Source of the DNA: Wallemia ichthyophaga EXF-994
Lineage: Eukaryota > Fungi > Basidiomycota
NCBI RefSeq assembly: GCF_000400465.1
Contig: NW_008806285.1
Location: 20,001-268,000, forward strand
Length of the DNA stretch: 248,000 nucleotides
Direction: 5' to 3'
Shown: in pieces, positions 1 through 14,051 of the stretch
Numbering within the stretch: the stretch's first letter is position 1
Layout of the letters: each line of letters starts with the position of its first letter
Made by a program: the position numbers and the translations under genes
The notes under the pieces: generated by a model
Databases searched by the model: none
Told to the model about the DNA's origin: nothing
What the model saw: the letters and a program-made list of their open reading frames with translations, nothing else

Positions 1-2018
1 GACGCTACGTTCTCAAAGGTGGGCTCAGTTGTCGATTCATTCAAAATACTAATAATCTTAATCAGATAGACAAGATTGATCCAAAGTACTTCTGTCATTC
101 AAAGCGTCTGGATATCTCAGATGAAACAAAGATAAAAGCTGACAAAAGTGAATCTGATGCCTACTACAACGAAAACTCTAAAGAAGGTGAGACAATCATT
201 TCCGTTTGTGCGAGTTAGCTAACACACTCAAGACAAACCTGTCAACTTTATTAGCGAAATTTTCTACTTGTGTCTTGCATTCCATTACCTCGGCTATCAC
301 TGTGCGCAGCGTCAATCAGGCAGTCTTAAAAAGCACATTGATATGGTTGAGCCTCAGCTCAAATCTCAGAGAGAGCAACTTTTGAATGACCCTCGCTTTG
401 CTCCAGGTACACCGGGTAGAATGTTTGCAGAGAAGCAGCTCGAGAAACAAGAAGTTTTACTCAAGGAACGCAAAGCTGCTGTTGCTTCTTCATGGATTCA
501 ACTAGATGATCCTTCTTCGATGTACAGAATCTTGGGATTCTACTCGTTCGCGACTACTTGGATTGTGAGATTCGTAGATCCATCCCATCAACATCCTCAA
601 AAGCTCATCAGCTTACCACTACCCGAAGAAATTCCAATCGAGTTCAAGATGTTGCCCGAATACATCTTAGAATCTACAGTCGATTTCTTCATTCAATTGA
701 CAAGGCATCAGCCACATCTTCTTGAAAGCTCAGGTAAAGAAGAATTGATGAATTTCTTGGTCACCTTTGTCTGTACTCCAAAGTATATTGGAAATCCATA
801 CAGTCGCAACAAGATAGTTGAAATCATGTGGAATGGTACTCACCCATATGGGTACTCAAGAAGCGGTGTATTGAGTGACAGCATCAACTACCATAAACTC
901 TCATTAGAGCATTTGATGCCATCACTCATGTCATTCTATATTGATGTCGAACGCACAGGTGTCTCTAGTCAATTTTACGACAGATTAAATGTTCGCTACA
1001 ACATCGCCAGACTTCTTAAAGTGATTTGGAACAATCCAACACATCGTGACAAACTCAAACAAGATACAATGAATAGCGAAAAGTTTGTCAGATTTACTAA
1101 TTTGGTTATGAACGACTCAACGTATTTATTGGATGAAGCTTTGGGTAAGTTGGCATCAGTAAGACACTATGAAGATGAAATTGCGTCACCTGGATTCTCG
1201 AACAAGCCTGATAATGAGAGAGAGGAGATGGTACAATCGTTGCAAGAGTCAGGTAGAGCTGCCGGTAGCTATATTGCTTTGGGTGGAGAATCAGTCAGAT
1301 TACTCAAGTCTTTCACATCAGAAGCCAAAGCTGCCTTCATGGCACCAGAGATTGTTGACAGATTGGCAGCAATGCTTTGCTACAACCTCGATGCATTAGC
1401 TGGTCCACGCTGTCAAGAGTTGAAAGTAAATAATCCCGAAAAGTATGGATGGAGACCTAGACAACTTCTCAATGATATTATTGACATATTTATTAATCTA
1501 CACGATTGCAAGGAGTTCGTTGAGGGTGTTGCAAAGGATGGCAGAAGTTACTCAAAGGCACTGTTTGAACGTGCAGCCGGCATTCTCAGGCGCAAAGCTA
1601 TTAAGACTGATCAAGAGGTAGACCTAATGGCTCGATTTGTCAGTCACGTTGAGCAAGTCAGAGCTGAGATGATGGAAGAGGATGAGGCTGATATTCCAGA
1701 AGAATATCAAGGTAAGTCTGAATTAAATAATCGACTTAAATAACACATATCTTAGACATGATTATGGCGACACTTATGCGCGATCCAGTCATCTTGCCTG
1801 GCTCAAACGCTGTACTGGACAGATCAACAATCAAGAGTCATTTACTTTCTGACAGTACAGATCCATTCAACAGATCGCCACTAACAATAGATCAAGTAGA
1901 GCCACACACCCAACTCAAAGCAGAAATAGACGACTGGGTGGCCAAACGCAGACAGGCTAAATTAGATGAGATGACAAAAGCTACAAATGCCAATGATGTA
2001 TTACCACCACAGAATTGA
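1..2018 (+). CDS. UFD2: Ubiquitin conjugation factor E4 (U-box), 5' part outside window
   Basis: ORF 268-1743 has Ufd2 core motifs ([20 protein letters not shown]); last exon 1758-2018 is the U-box (LMRDPVILP...DPFNRSPL). Confidence 0.93.
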
Positions 2019-2393
2019 ATGATGATAAATGAAATTTCTACATTCCAAGCATTTTAGTTAGTGAAAATTATCACATGCCACCTAGCCATAAGGAAGGTAT
2101 TCAAATGAAAGAATCTAGTTAGTGTGATCTCATCTTTGACGATGGAGTATTCATACCCTTGTCTTAACTAGTTTTAGCACGCGTTTGAGTTTAGCAGTCT
2201 TTAAAGATGTTCAAATAAGCCATCTTCAAACCTCATCTTCATCTTCACGCTCATTCAATCTTTAATCTAAGCCTTCTCTTTAGACTATCATCCAAAGACT
2301 TTCTTATAAGTTCATTTGTCAAGTCACTCGTTACAGCAAAGACAAGTAAATAGTGAAGCGATTCGTATCTCTTTATAACGTAAAATAAAAGCG

Positions 2394-4104
2394 ATGTCCA
2401 ACAAATTAATGAAGAAGCAAGTGAGTTTCAATGTTGAGTGTTGGCTTGATTATGTCTGACTATCATAGGTTGCCGGCACCGCTGGATCAGCAGTCGGCAC
2501 TACAGCAGGTGGAGGAGGTAGTGGCTCATACAATGATGGATCCTACCACGGTGTTGGTGCACAAAGCGGCCCAGCTGCAGGTGCTGGCACAGGCGCTTCG
2601 ACGGGCTCAACAACTGGTGCTCAATCTGGAGCAGCTGGCATCGGTCCAGGTCCAGCTGCAGGTGGAACCACAGGCAAGGCTACAGGAGGTACCACAGGAT
2701 CAACAACTAGCGGATCATCAGGATCATCAAGCGATACTGACACAACTAGCTCTTCCAGTAGCTCAGATACGGATGATCCAGCAGATTCATCAAAGGCCCC
2801 TGTTACAGCCGGTAGCACCAACTCTGGCGTCAAGCAGCCAGCTGACGATCCACCTGCCAATGAGGATGAAACACCAGACAATGAGATCACGATACCAGAC
2901 GATGATAAACCAACTGAAAGTGAAAAAGACGCATCCGAGTCTATCACTAACTCAATCGTCCACTCTATGTCCTCTTCATCACAGTCAGCTTCTCCAACAG
3001 CAACACCGTCCATGTCTGCATCGGAGGAGGAAAAAGACGAAGATGACAACAAGGGTTTAAAGATCGCTTTGCCTATCATCCTTGGTCTATTGTTTATTCT
3101 GTTCTTGATCTGGGTTGGTAAGCGTGTCGTCAAGAAGAAGTTTGCTGGTAAAAAGAACAAGCCAACAAACATCGACTTCAATGATGCCGCTAAAAGTCAA
3201 GAAACACTTGATGAGGTGAGTTTCTATTTTGTTGATAATTGTCTTACTAATCTATGTTTCGCAGAAATCACCATTGCCTCCACCAGGATTTGCAGGCGCT
3301 GGTGCACCATTGTTAGACCGTAGGGGAAGCACTCATTCATCATACAATGGTGCTCCTCCATTGATGCATGCCAACTCAACAGGCAGCCACGGCGATTACT
3401 TGAGTGCATACAACCCTAACATGTCAACATACAGCTTTAACAACCTTGGTGGACAAAGACGTCAGGCATCGCCAGTTCCTCCATATGGTCAACACCCACA
3501 CAATGGAATGTCGAGATCAATGTCAACTAACTCATACCAAAACGGTCCACCACCACCACAACCACAAAGACCTGGTCCACCACAGTCTAACCCATCAGCA
3601 CCACATTTGCCTGCACTAGCTATACCTGATCCGGAATTGATTCCACTCCCAAGTCCACCACCAAGCGTTTACTCAATGAACCAAATACCAAGCTCACCTC
3701 CAAGACCTGACCAGCAACAACAGTTCAGAGACCCATTCAGAGATCCACCACATAGACAGCAAACAAACAGATCATCCATTGTACCACCCTTACACATCAG
3801 ACCACCGGGCGCAGTCAGAGCTAGGGTATCATTCAAGCCTACTGCCGGTGATGAGCTCTCCATACAGAAGGGAGAGGATGTACAGGTCATCAAGAGATTC
3901 TCTGATGGATGGGCTGAAGTTAAGGCATTGGCTAGTGGCAGAACGGGAGTAATTCCGTTACAGATTCTGGATGACCAGCCTACTACGCCAATGAGCTACG
4001 GACCTCAATCATCCAACAGCTCCCCAAGTAACTATCAAGCGCCTTCTCAGTCCATGTCTCAGCCTCAAGGCTTCCCATCTGCACCGCCATCCAACTTTCA
4101 ATGA
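2394..4104 (+). CDS. Single-pass membrane protein: Ser/Thr/Gly-rich N-terminus, TM helix, C-terminal SH3 domain
   Basis: ATG 2394 then GTGAGT intron; TM IALPIILGLLFILFLIWVG followed by KRVVKKK; SH3 (ARVSFKPTAGDELSIQKGEDV..DGW..GVIP) in ORF 3229-4104. Confidence 0.7.
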
Positions 4105-4964
4105 GCTAAATTCTTTTTGACTTGTTATTCTAATAAATTAATTATATTATAAATAATTACATGTTTCACTAGCGCGAGTTTTCTGAGACCGAATGTAGAA
4201 TTTATCTACTTATACAACAATAAGATAAATGAAAAAGCATTTGAAAAGCTTCCTTGATGTAAATAATTTGAAGTGGATATCTGATATTACTAGTATCTGC
4301 GCCTATAATATTTCTGCCTCTTTGTCGGAGAATAAGTAATCAAAGTAGGCTCTATTCTCATCAACGTTGATGTCTGCGTCCTCGAAGTTGGCATCATTAA
4401 TATCAGGATCTCTATTTAGTTTGTTTACTGGTGAGTCGAATCTTGGCATGATTTTGTTAGATTTGCTAGTGACACCACGTGGTTGTAAAGTAGAGTTCTG
4501 TGATTGCCACAAATAGTTGAGTGATTCGACGCCTTAGCTTTCTCACCGACTCCGTTGTCAATGTCGTAGAACTGACCAAAATATCTTCCAGCTTGAGTAG
4601 TGACACCAACAATAGATACTGAGACATCTGCATGATCTTCAAGCCATACTCCTAGCTTGTCTCGGAGAAACTCAGACACGTAAGAGCTGAACGTAATTTG
4701 AGAGGGGAACTCAACAACGTAAATCGTCGACTGGGTAAGATTTGGACATCCTCTGATCATTATTGATGGCTATTCACCTTCGTTTTCCATAAACATTACT
4801 CTAAGAATACCAAAAGAAAGCACAGTAATGTTCTCTCGATTGAAGGGAAACCCCTCACCAAATTATTTTCGCTGTTTAAGTAAGTAAGCTTATTGATGTT
4901 TAAGTTCATGATTGATGAAGTGATTTCCTCAATTTGGTCCAGGCGCCGTCGTTCGTGATGTTTT

Positions 4965-5260
4965 TTACGTAGTCGGTGTAGAGATACTGCTAATTGATTT
5001 CATTTCATACAGCTTGTAATTAGTGTTTGCCACATTTTTGAGAAATTCAAAAATTGCAGCCGCATCCTCCTTTTCGATCAAGCACTTTAAGCGTCTCAGT
5101 TTGAAGTGGGGTCTGATGACGACATTACTATATCTTTGAGGTACATCGAACCTGACAAGCTCGGAACATAAGCGAGATAAAGCAGACAAGGAGCTCTTAT
5201 CGAGGAAATCCATGATCATCAGCTTGATTTCATTGGGTAACGCCAAATATTTGAATCCTT
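4965..5260 (-). pseudogene. F-box-like fragment, possibly a decayed gene
   Basis: YLALPNEIKLMIMDFLDKSSLSALSRLC resembles an F-box motif; no clear ATG and no long continuation. Confidence 0.3.
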
Positions 5261-6470
5261 CGATGGACCACTTCTGCTTGCGCCTTCCTCTATTTGAATC
5301 GCTTTTAGCCTTCGTTGGTTTTGCTTTGCTAGTTGCCTTCTTCTATGGTAGCATGGAGGTGGTGACTGCCTACAAACAAAGAGCGAGGGCTCATCGATTG
5401 GGTGGAAGATATGAAAATCAGAGTGTAGGAGCATTTGAGTAAATATTTTTAAAAACCGAATTGCTGCTATCGTAAAATTGCCGAATCTTACTTCTTTGAG
5501 TCTTTGCCCACTTATCTAAATGCAACCAGTAAAGAAGAATCCATCTGTACAAAATTCCTATAGCATTGGTTTGAAATGTTGTTGAGTATACGCCTATCTT
5601 GTCCACTTGCTCTCCTAAATTTTTCTTTCAGGGTCCGCTCATCGGCTTACCAATTTATTTGGTCCTAGGCCGAGATCGACGATAATTGACAAGAGAGACC
5701 ATAAGAACTCACACAAATGCTTCGGGGACTACTTGGAGCTGCTTTCAGCGACATATCGACAGCTAATAACATCACAGAGATCCCTTTTGCAAGGAAATAT
5801 ACTTGTCTGACATCTTTGTTCCAAAATCTAAGATTAGACTCCCACCTCCCTTTCGAAAAGCTCAATGTTGAAATATATTTCTATTTTCGCAGGATCGACA
5901 ATGTGTTTTCCAAACTGCTCAGATTTAAGACATTGAAAGCTAAAATTTCTAACGAAAGGGACTTGGAATAATTGCATGAGCATGTATAGTTCAAATACGT
6001 GGTACTAATCATCACTCAGTATTGAATATTCGACTTCATGGGTGAACTGCTTGGTGGATTATTTTCAAACGCGTCAAACATCCTCGTTGTGGTCTTACAA
6101 CACAAGATATGCCCACTATCATTGAATGTGATATACACAGTAACAACAGCAGCAAAATGCGATTACTCGTTGTTCGGCGTCCATGCCATTGCTTCAAAGT
6201 GTGAGATTGCGCATCTAATTTACCACTTAGACACTTAAAAATGTTCTACAATGATGGCACATCCAATAAAAAAAAACTGACAAATACAGACTCCTCAGTT
6301 ATGAGATCTTCATAATAAGCATTAAACCTTGAACACAATCCTATGTTGAGTCAGATTGTGTATTCCGTTCCAAGGATTTCCGGAAATTAGAAAAGCAACA
6401 ATGCCGCACCCAATATCACTAATTACGTTTGTACAACTCTTACAATTTGAAAAAATACATAATCTCTATC

Positions 6471-8183
6471 TTACAATGGCAGCACGTCATTCGCATTGAC
6501 ATGACGAAGCGGATCATCCTCATCGAGTTTGACCAGCCTCTGCGCTTCAATATCTTCAGCTGTGACTTTACCACCGTCGACTTTGGCTGCTTCTTCCTCT
6601 AATTCGACTCTGCTTAGTTTGTTCTCCTTTCTTCTTCGCTCACGATCGACTGCTATCTTGAGTTTATCGTTATCCAAATCACCCAGTGCTTGTGGGTCTT
6701 TTGTAAATCCGTACTTATTGCCATCTCGCTCTGCCCTGCCCTTCAAATCAGCAGTACCAGCAGCAATCTTGTCTTTGTGCTGATCTGCGAGTGATTTCTG
6801 CGGTTTAGATGCTTCCTCAATCTCGTGTCTGGAGAAGGTCGTCTTGGCAGCCTCTTTGCCTGCTTCGCCCTGGCAGTATGATGTGTATATCGTTGAGTGA
6901 CAGCACTTGTATCCCCAAGATTTACTTTGCACACTAAACCACGAACCGAACACTGAGCTGTGATTTCCAGGGAAGACTATAATTGGTTAGAGAGATATCA
7001 TAGTAAAACATTTTAACGCACCATCCTCCTCGTATTTAGATTTGGCAACAGCCCTCTCCTTTCCTTTAAGTAGCTGACCAGATCTCGAATACTCAACATA
7101 CTCATCGGTCTGACCCAAGCGAATCTCTCTCGGTATATTAGACGCACTGAGGTACTCTTCACCTCCGTATCTGTTGAGCATGCTATTTTTGTGCGTATCC
7201 TTGATTTCTTCTTTCTTCACCTTGAATGCACCATGAGCCATTTCAGTGGCTGTTGGATTGGCTTGAACGTGCATATCATGTCCACGGCTTGCAGACTGCC
7301 ATGCAAAGAGTTGTGTGTTTTGTATACCGGCAGCATCACCACTATCTCTGACGTAATTTTCACCAGCGAACGCACTATCTTCAGGCTTAACGTCGGAATG
7401 AGGAGCCTCTCTCATAGATCTAGTTTTTGGATCATAATGTGCCGATTCGATATCTAAATTCATCAGGTATTTCGCTGTATCTTCTCTTATACGCAGATTT
7501 CTAACCGTGATCCGGTTATTAGCGTCGACGTTCTGACCGACAGCGTCAGCATTATCAGCGTATTTATCCTCATCATCTTCGTCTTCATCTGAGCTACCGA
7601 ACTCATCCTTGATCTTCTGCTTGCCTGCGTCAACGACTTTTTTGGCCGCGGAAATGCTATTCTGCTTATCAAGCTCATCTTCTTGAATACGTCGCCGTTC
7701 ATCCTCAACGGCGGCATATTCTTCAACGACTCTTTTATGTGAAGATGGATCATAGCCGTTCCATCTATCTCTTTTAGCGTCGAAATCGGTGGCAATGTCA
7801 TGTACGACATCATCCGCTTGAGTGACGCTGTTAGTTTTATTAGCACCACGTTTCCGGGGCCTCTCAACGCAATCCTTCTTAGAGTGACCCATTGCACCGC
7901 AATTCTCACAAGCGCCTTTCCTAAAACGCTGGGCTTTGTAGCCTTTGGCAGAACGATCGTACCACTTGTTAAGTTTATCGGCAGAGCTGTCGTACTCTCT
8001 ATTGAGACGCTGGTGACCAAGACCAGGCTTGCCCGTGTCCATGTACCAAGGAGCTTGTGATATGTATTGTGGGATGTGAGGATTGATTGGTTTTCCATCC
8101 TCGTCGAGCTCTGCGGGAGCTGTGCCTGCTTTGCGTGCCTCTTCGAGCTCACGCTTCTTTCTAAGCTCCTCACGCGCGGACAT
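6471..8183 (-). CDS. SLU7: Pre-mRNA splicing factor Slu7
   Basis: INPHIPQYISQAPWY, zinc knuckle CENCGAMGHSKKDC, VRNLRIREDTAKYL; C-terminal exon with WGYKCCHS. Confidence 0.95.
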
Positions 8184-8211
8184 TGCAGTTGTTGGTGGTT
8201 AAAGGCAAACG

Positions 8212-9827
8212 ATGAAGCTGCTGAAAAAGTACATAGAAAGGGACAAGTCTGTGAGTAATTACTGTATTGTGATTGGTTTATTTAAATAGCTCATCTTATT
8301 AGGGCTGGGTAACGCTCCTCCCTGAAGAAGTACGCCTGATATCCAGTCTACGCAGAATTCTGATATGACGCAGGACGAAGACCTTTGGCATTGCTACAAT
8401 CTTATTGGACCCGGCGACCAAGTCAGGGCTGGTGCGATAAGGTGTGTACTGTTGTGACTCCCACTGCCACCGACTCTCATTCTCACTCAACTTAGACGTG
8501 TAGTGAATACATCGTCCACCGGCTCTACGGATTCCCAGCGCGTTAAACTCACGCTGACTATCGAGGTCGAGAAAACGTTCTTTAGTCCTTCTGCAACGTC
8601 CACCACGGAATCCACCCCAGGCACATCCAACCAACCACCACAGAATGCTCAGCTTCAGTTGTCTGGACGCGTTACAAGTGAGAATCCACACGTTAAGCTC
8701 GGTGCTTTCCATACGCTTGATTTGGAGTCGATGAGGGACTTCAAACTCGGCAAGGGGCCGGATGGTTGGGATAGTATCAATCTACAGCGAGTTGAGGAGG
8801 CTAGTGCGGAAGGTGCTGGCGCAGAAGTTGCTGCTGTACTCGTTGGAGAAGGTGGGTGTCTTTTCTCCCACTTTTAGTTGCCAACGCCAAGTGAAACAGG
8901 CAACGCTGCCATTTGTTTGCTCACCAATCATATGACGGTGGTTAAGCAGCGTATTGATGCACAGATTCCACGTAAACGAAAAGGCATGTCTTCAGCCCAT
9001 GAGAAGGTTTGTCCTCTTTTCTTGTCTTTCATCCCATATCTCAACAAATCAAGGCAACGGAAAAATTTCATGAACAGCTCGCAGCTGCATTCAGTAAACA
9101 TATCCTTCCTCTCAGTACAAACCTTCGCGTTATTTTATTCGCAGGTGCTTCATTTGCCAGAGACTCCTTCGTCAAAACTCTCCTAGACAATGCACAACAC
9201 AATGGCGACAAGAGCATTCTGACACTTCGACCCAAGTTTTTAAAAGTTAACACTGGCTCAGCGAATGTACATGCTCTAAACGAGGCTCTTAAAAGTCCTG
9301 AAGTTGCAAACCAGCTGAAAGATACTAAATTTGCACGTGAGGGTATGATGCTTGATAAGTAGGTCAGTGTTAATTTGATGGGCCACTCCTAATCATAAAT
9401 TAAGGTTCAATAAGATGCTAATCACTGATGAGAACCGCGCTTGGTATGGCCCTGACCACGTCCAGAAAGCTATAGACAGAGGTGCAGTGGGCACACTTCT
9501 AATCTCTGACTCACTCTTCAGGTGGGTGTGCGTTACTGCTCTCATAACTTTTTAACCTCAACAGATCACAAAACGTTGCTGAAAGGAAGCGCTTCGTTAG
9601 GATGGTTGAAGATGTTAGGGGTTTAGGTGGTACTGAGGTGTTAATTTTTAGTGCAATGCACGAATCAGGACATAGTGAGTGTTTTTTCCAGTGCTTTTTT
9701 TTTGCTAACGGATTGTCAAGAACTTGATCTCTTGTCGGGTATTGCTGCACTGTTGACTTACCCACTCGACATAGAAATGGTGGAATTAGAAGAAGAAAAC
9801 GAGAAAGCTGAAGATAAGCAACACTAG
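8212..9827 (+). CDS. DOM34: Pelota/Dom34 ribosome rescue factor
   Basis: Exons read [13 protein letters not shown] / [11 protein letters not shown] / [13 protein letters not shown] / RAWYGPDHV / [10 protein letters not shown]. Confidence 0.93.
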
Positions 9828-10002
9828 TTACTATAAAGCGCTTTTCTATATTTTAAGATGTACGATGGACTCTAATTAGTAGTACAAATAAAGTATGCAA
9901 ACAAAAGTACATTGCATTGAGTTTACGAAGAGCTTTATGTAATACAACCAAATTAAATTTGAGAAAGAGGAAGAGAAGATATTTTACTGCTATTGTGCCA
10001 GC

Positions 10003-11209
10003 TTAAGCTTGTTGAGTTTGTTGGAGTGGAGAAGGAGCAGCTTGGATTTTGTTTTCGTAGGTGTCTTCGACATTCTCATAAGGTCTCATTGGTTGAAGGC
10101 CCCACTTTTCAAACAGCTCAGCGTCCTGATCTTTCTCGACACCGTCTGTAGTAAGCATGTAGCCTGAGAAGATGGCATTAGCACCTGACATGAAACACAT
10201 TGCTTGTTCAGCATCAGTAAACATCTTTCTTCCTGCTGCTATTCTGACAATTGACTTTGGCATGACGATTCTAGCTGTTGCGATCGTTCTGACGACCTCC
10301 TCAACTGCAACCGGGGTGTTGTTTTCCAATGGTGTGCCCTTTATTGGAACGAGTGCGTTGACAGGGAAAGACTCTGGATGTTCAGGGAGACGGGAGAGTT
10401 CCCAGATCAAACCAACCCTGTCATCTTGCTGCTCACCAAGACCGAGAATACCACCTGAGCAGACGCTGATTCCTGCGTCTCTGACATTTGAGATAGTGCT
10501 CAACCTGTCATCGTATGAACGAGATGTGATGACCTGGAATTTTATTAGATAAAGCAACGTAAACGCGCAAGCCACTAACCTCCGGGTAGTATTCTCTTGA
10601 AGTGTCTAAGTTATGGTTGTATGCAGTGAGGCCGGCATCTTTCAAAGCTATAGCTTGCTCAGACGAGAGCATACCAAGCGTGGTGCAGACTTCCATACCC
10701 ATACCCTTGATCTCCCTAACCATGGCCAAGATTCTATCGAAACCACGCTTGCGACCGCCTACATCTCTCCAAGCTGCGCCCATACAGAAACGGGTAGAAC
10801 CCGCATTTTTAGCGCGCTTAGCTTCTTGAATGACAGGATCTAAAGCGAGTAGCTTTCCAGCCTCAGTGCCAGTACTGTATCTGCTAGACTGAGAGCAATA
10901 GCTACAGTCTTCTGAACAACCGCCAGTTTTGATGTTCATAAGAGTGCACAGCTGAACCTTTCCAGGCTCGTGGTACATGCGGTGTACGCTGGCTGCTCTG
11001 TAAACCAATTCGAGGAGAGGCTGTTGGTATATAGCCTGGATATCATTCCTATTCCAGTCATTGCGTATATCACCATCCTTGTGCTCCTTCGAGCTATTTA
11101 CTGGTCCGTTGGGGGTAAATGGATGGGGATTGAGTTGAGTTGCAAGGCTTCTCGACTGAACTAGTATTTTAAATTGCTGGCGTGGCTTGAATAGGTGCTT
11201 GTTGATCAT
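10003..11209 (-). CDS. BIO2: Biotin synthase (radical SAM)
   Basis: CSEDCSYCSQS radical-SAM motif, RFCMGAAWR, YNHNLDTS, PESFPVNAL. Confidence 0.96.
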
Positions 11210-11367
11210 TTTCTTTTCTTTCTTTTCTCGGTGATGGCCGTCTAGCGTCAACGATAAGCCATCGCAACTTTCCGGCACACTCAAAATCCGATCGAAGGAC
11301 TTTTAGGGACAGCGGCTTTTTCGGAATCAACTGGACTATTAAACATTAGATATCGGATATATTCAAC

Positions 11368-14006
11368 ATGCCTCACTTATACAGACACTTGCGAGTTAAT
11401 CAGATATTTGGTGCGTGCCAGTGAGCAGACTGAAAGTGCAGCAACTCACAGCCATCCACGCAGGCGCTAACACCGACGTTGGCAAGACTCTCATCACAAC
11501 TGCTCTTGTCTTGGCAGAATCGCAGCGAACGAAGAACAACATCTTCTATTTGAAGTAAGTTGCTATTTGCTGGAGTTTGGCACATTCTCATTCTCCCAAA
11601 CAGACCTGTCAGTACTGGTCCTGCTGCTGATCAAGACGACGCGTGGGTACTTTCCATTTCGGCGGAGTGTTTGTTGACTCCCGCTCAGTTTTCTCCAGCG
11701 CTTCTCTAATAACGACAGAATACACAACCACACTCTCTTTCGCTACAGTGATCCCGTCTCTCCTCACTTAGCCGTTAGCAGAGAATCCGCAACCCAAAAA
11801 CCTCCGTCCGATAAGGATTTTGCAACCTCAATTGGAAACTACATTAGCAGCAAAGCCAGTCTAAACAACTCTCACTCTCTTTACGTCGAAACTGCGGGTG
11901 GTGAGTTTCCGGTGATTTTCCGAGGCTGCATGTTGATATTGAGACACAGGCGTACACTCTCCAACTTTAACTGGAACCAGCCAAGCTGATGCTTACAGGT
12001 CATTGCTGTGAGGCTTTTTCCCTCTCGTCTTGCTCTATCTAACAACACCGGCAAGTCTCCCTACCATCCTCATAGCCTCGTCGCATTTGGGCGGAATCAG
12101 CACTACTTTAGCTGCCTATGAGAGTCTGCATATGCGAGGCTATAGCGTAGAAGCGATCCTTGTATTTAGGGAGGAGTACTACGCCAACTACCAATACCTC
12201 AGTGATTGGGGACGGGAGAGAGGCGTGCATGTCGCAGTGATAGATCAACCACCGTCCAAAGACAGCAATGCATTAAATGACCAGGAAGCACTCCAAGCAT
12301 ATTTCAGCAGTCTGTCTAACGGCGACGGTGCAGTGTTGAGCACACTCGACGAACTCGACACACGCCACAAGAAGCGCATTGAGGAAATCAAGACAATGCC
12401 ACAACGCACACTAGACAGTATTTGGTATCCGTTTGCTCAACACTCCCACATCAAATCCGCTGAGCAGATCGGCGTTATCGACAGCGCACATGCTGACCAC
12501 TTCGATGTTCACAGACCAGCGTCTGCGTCTCAGGATCTACTACAACAAGATTTCGACGGAAGTGCTTCTTGGTGGACGCAGACACTCGGCCACGGTAACG
12601 TTACACTCGCTCTGGCTGCTGCACATGCAGCTGGTCGGTACGGTCATGTGCTTTTACCTGGACACACGCACAAACCTGTACTGGAACTTTGCGAAAAACT
12701 CCTCAAAGGCCCGGGTAGCGGGTGGGCTAACAAGGCTTTCGTTACTGATAACGGTAGTACCGCTATGGAGGTAGCCCTTAAAATAGCCCTCCGAGCTTGC
12801 TCGAAGAAGTATGGTGCTGCGAATAGAGGCGTGCTCGGATTGAGCGGTAGCTACCACGGTGACACTATCGGTAGTATGGATGCTTCTGAGCCATCTGTAT
12901 ACAATAACGCAGTCGAATGGTATTCCCCAAGAGGCGGTTTCTGGTTTGATTCACCGCTCATCAAGTACAAGAGTGGAGAGATAGTTCTGAAGGGCGCAGT
13001 AAGTATGGGCGTACCAAAGGGTGCTGCTGTTGATGGCGATTATTGGGAGATGGCTATCTCTGACTCTATCGCTGGTGCTTATGGCGTAGAGGAGCGTTTA
13101 AAAACGACTCTGACTGTTTTTTACAGAGATTCCATTCAAAACACTCTCGAAAGGCTCGTCGAAGAAGGCAGACACTTCGGTGCACTCGTCATGGAACCAC
13201 TTGTTATGGGCGCAGGAGGTATGCTCTGTGTTGATGTGAGTTGGTTTTACGTCTAATACTTCCATCTTACACAATTTAAGCCGCTGTTTCAGCGTGTACT
13301 CGTTGATACAGTGCGTGACAACGAAGAGCTATTCGCCAACCAAGCTGGCGATGCATACGTTCAAGGACAGGACTGGCAGGGATTACCGGTTGTTTTCGAC
13401 GAGGTGTTTGCGGGTCTATACAGACTCGGCCAGCAAACTCCGTTGTCTATAATCGGCACCCACCCAGATGTATCCGCTTATGCCAAGATATTGTCTGGCG
13501 GGATTGTACCGCTTTCTACAACATTGGCAAGACAGAGTCTGTTCGACAACTTTTTAGGGGAGGAGAAGAAAGAAGCGCTGTTACACGGCCACTCATATAC
13601 CGCCCATCCTATTGGGTGCGCTGTTGCGAATGCGTCGTTGGATGAGATAAACAAGTTAGCAGAGAGTGATGAATGGCATGCATCGAGAGTTGCATGGGGC
13701 AGTAATACCGAGAGCGGTGCTTGGAGCTTATGGACCCCTGAGGCTGTGGAAGTGCTATCACACCTCAACAACGTCGATGGCGTCGTCGCTTTGGGTAGCG
13801 TGTTGATAATACATCTCAAGTCATCAGGCAAAGGATATGAGAGTTCAGAAGGACAGCGTTTTCTGGCGTCGCTGGCTAGCGAAGGTATCCACTCCAGACC
13901 TCTTGGTGATACGGTCTACTTTATGGCCAGCTTGAACACATCCAAGGAGGCGATAGAGGATATCCAAAACAAAGTGATTCATGGGCTTGAAAAATTTGAT
14001 GTTTAA
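11368..14006 (+). CDS. BIO3-BIO1: Bifunctional dethiobiotin synthase / DAPA aminotransferase (BioDA)
   Basis: N-terminal GANTDVGKT P-loop and YVETAGG; C-terminal class III PLP motifs (DGSASWWT, YHGDT, FDEVFAG, AKILSGG, HGHSYTAHP). Confidence 0.93.
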
Positions 14007-14051
14007 TAAGGATTGATTTGCTTTTATAAATGTACCTGACTGACGTTGAGA

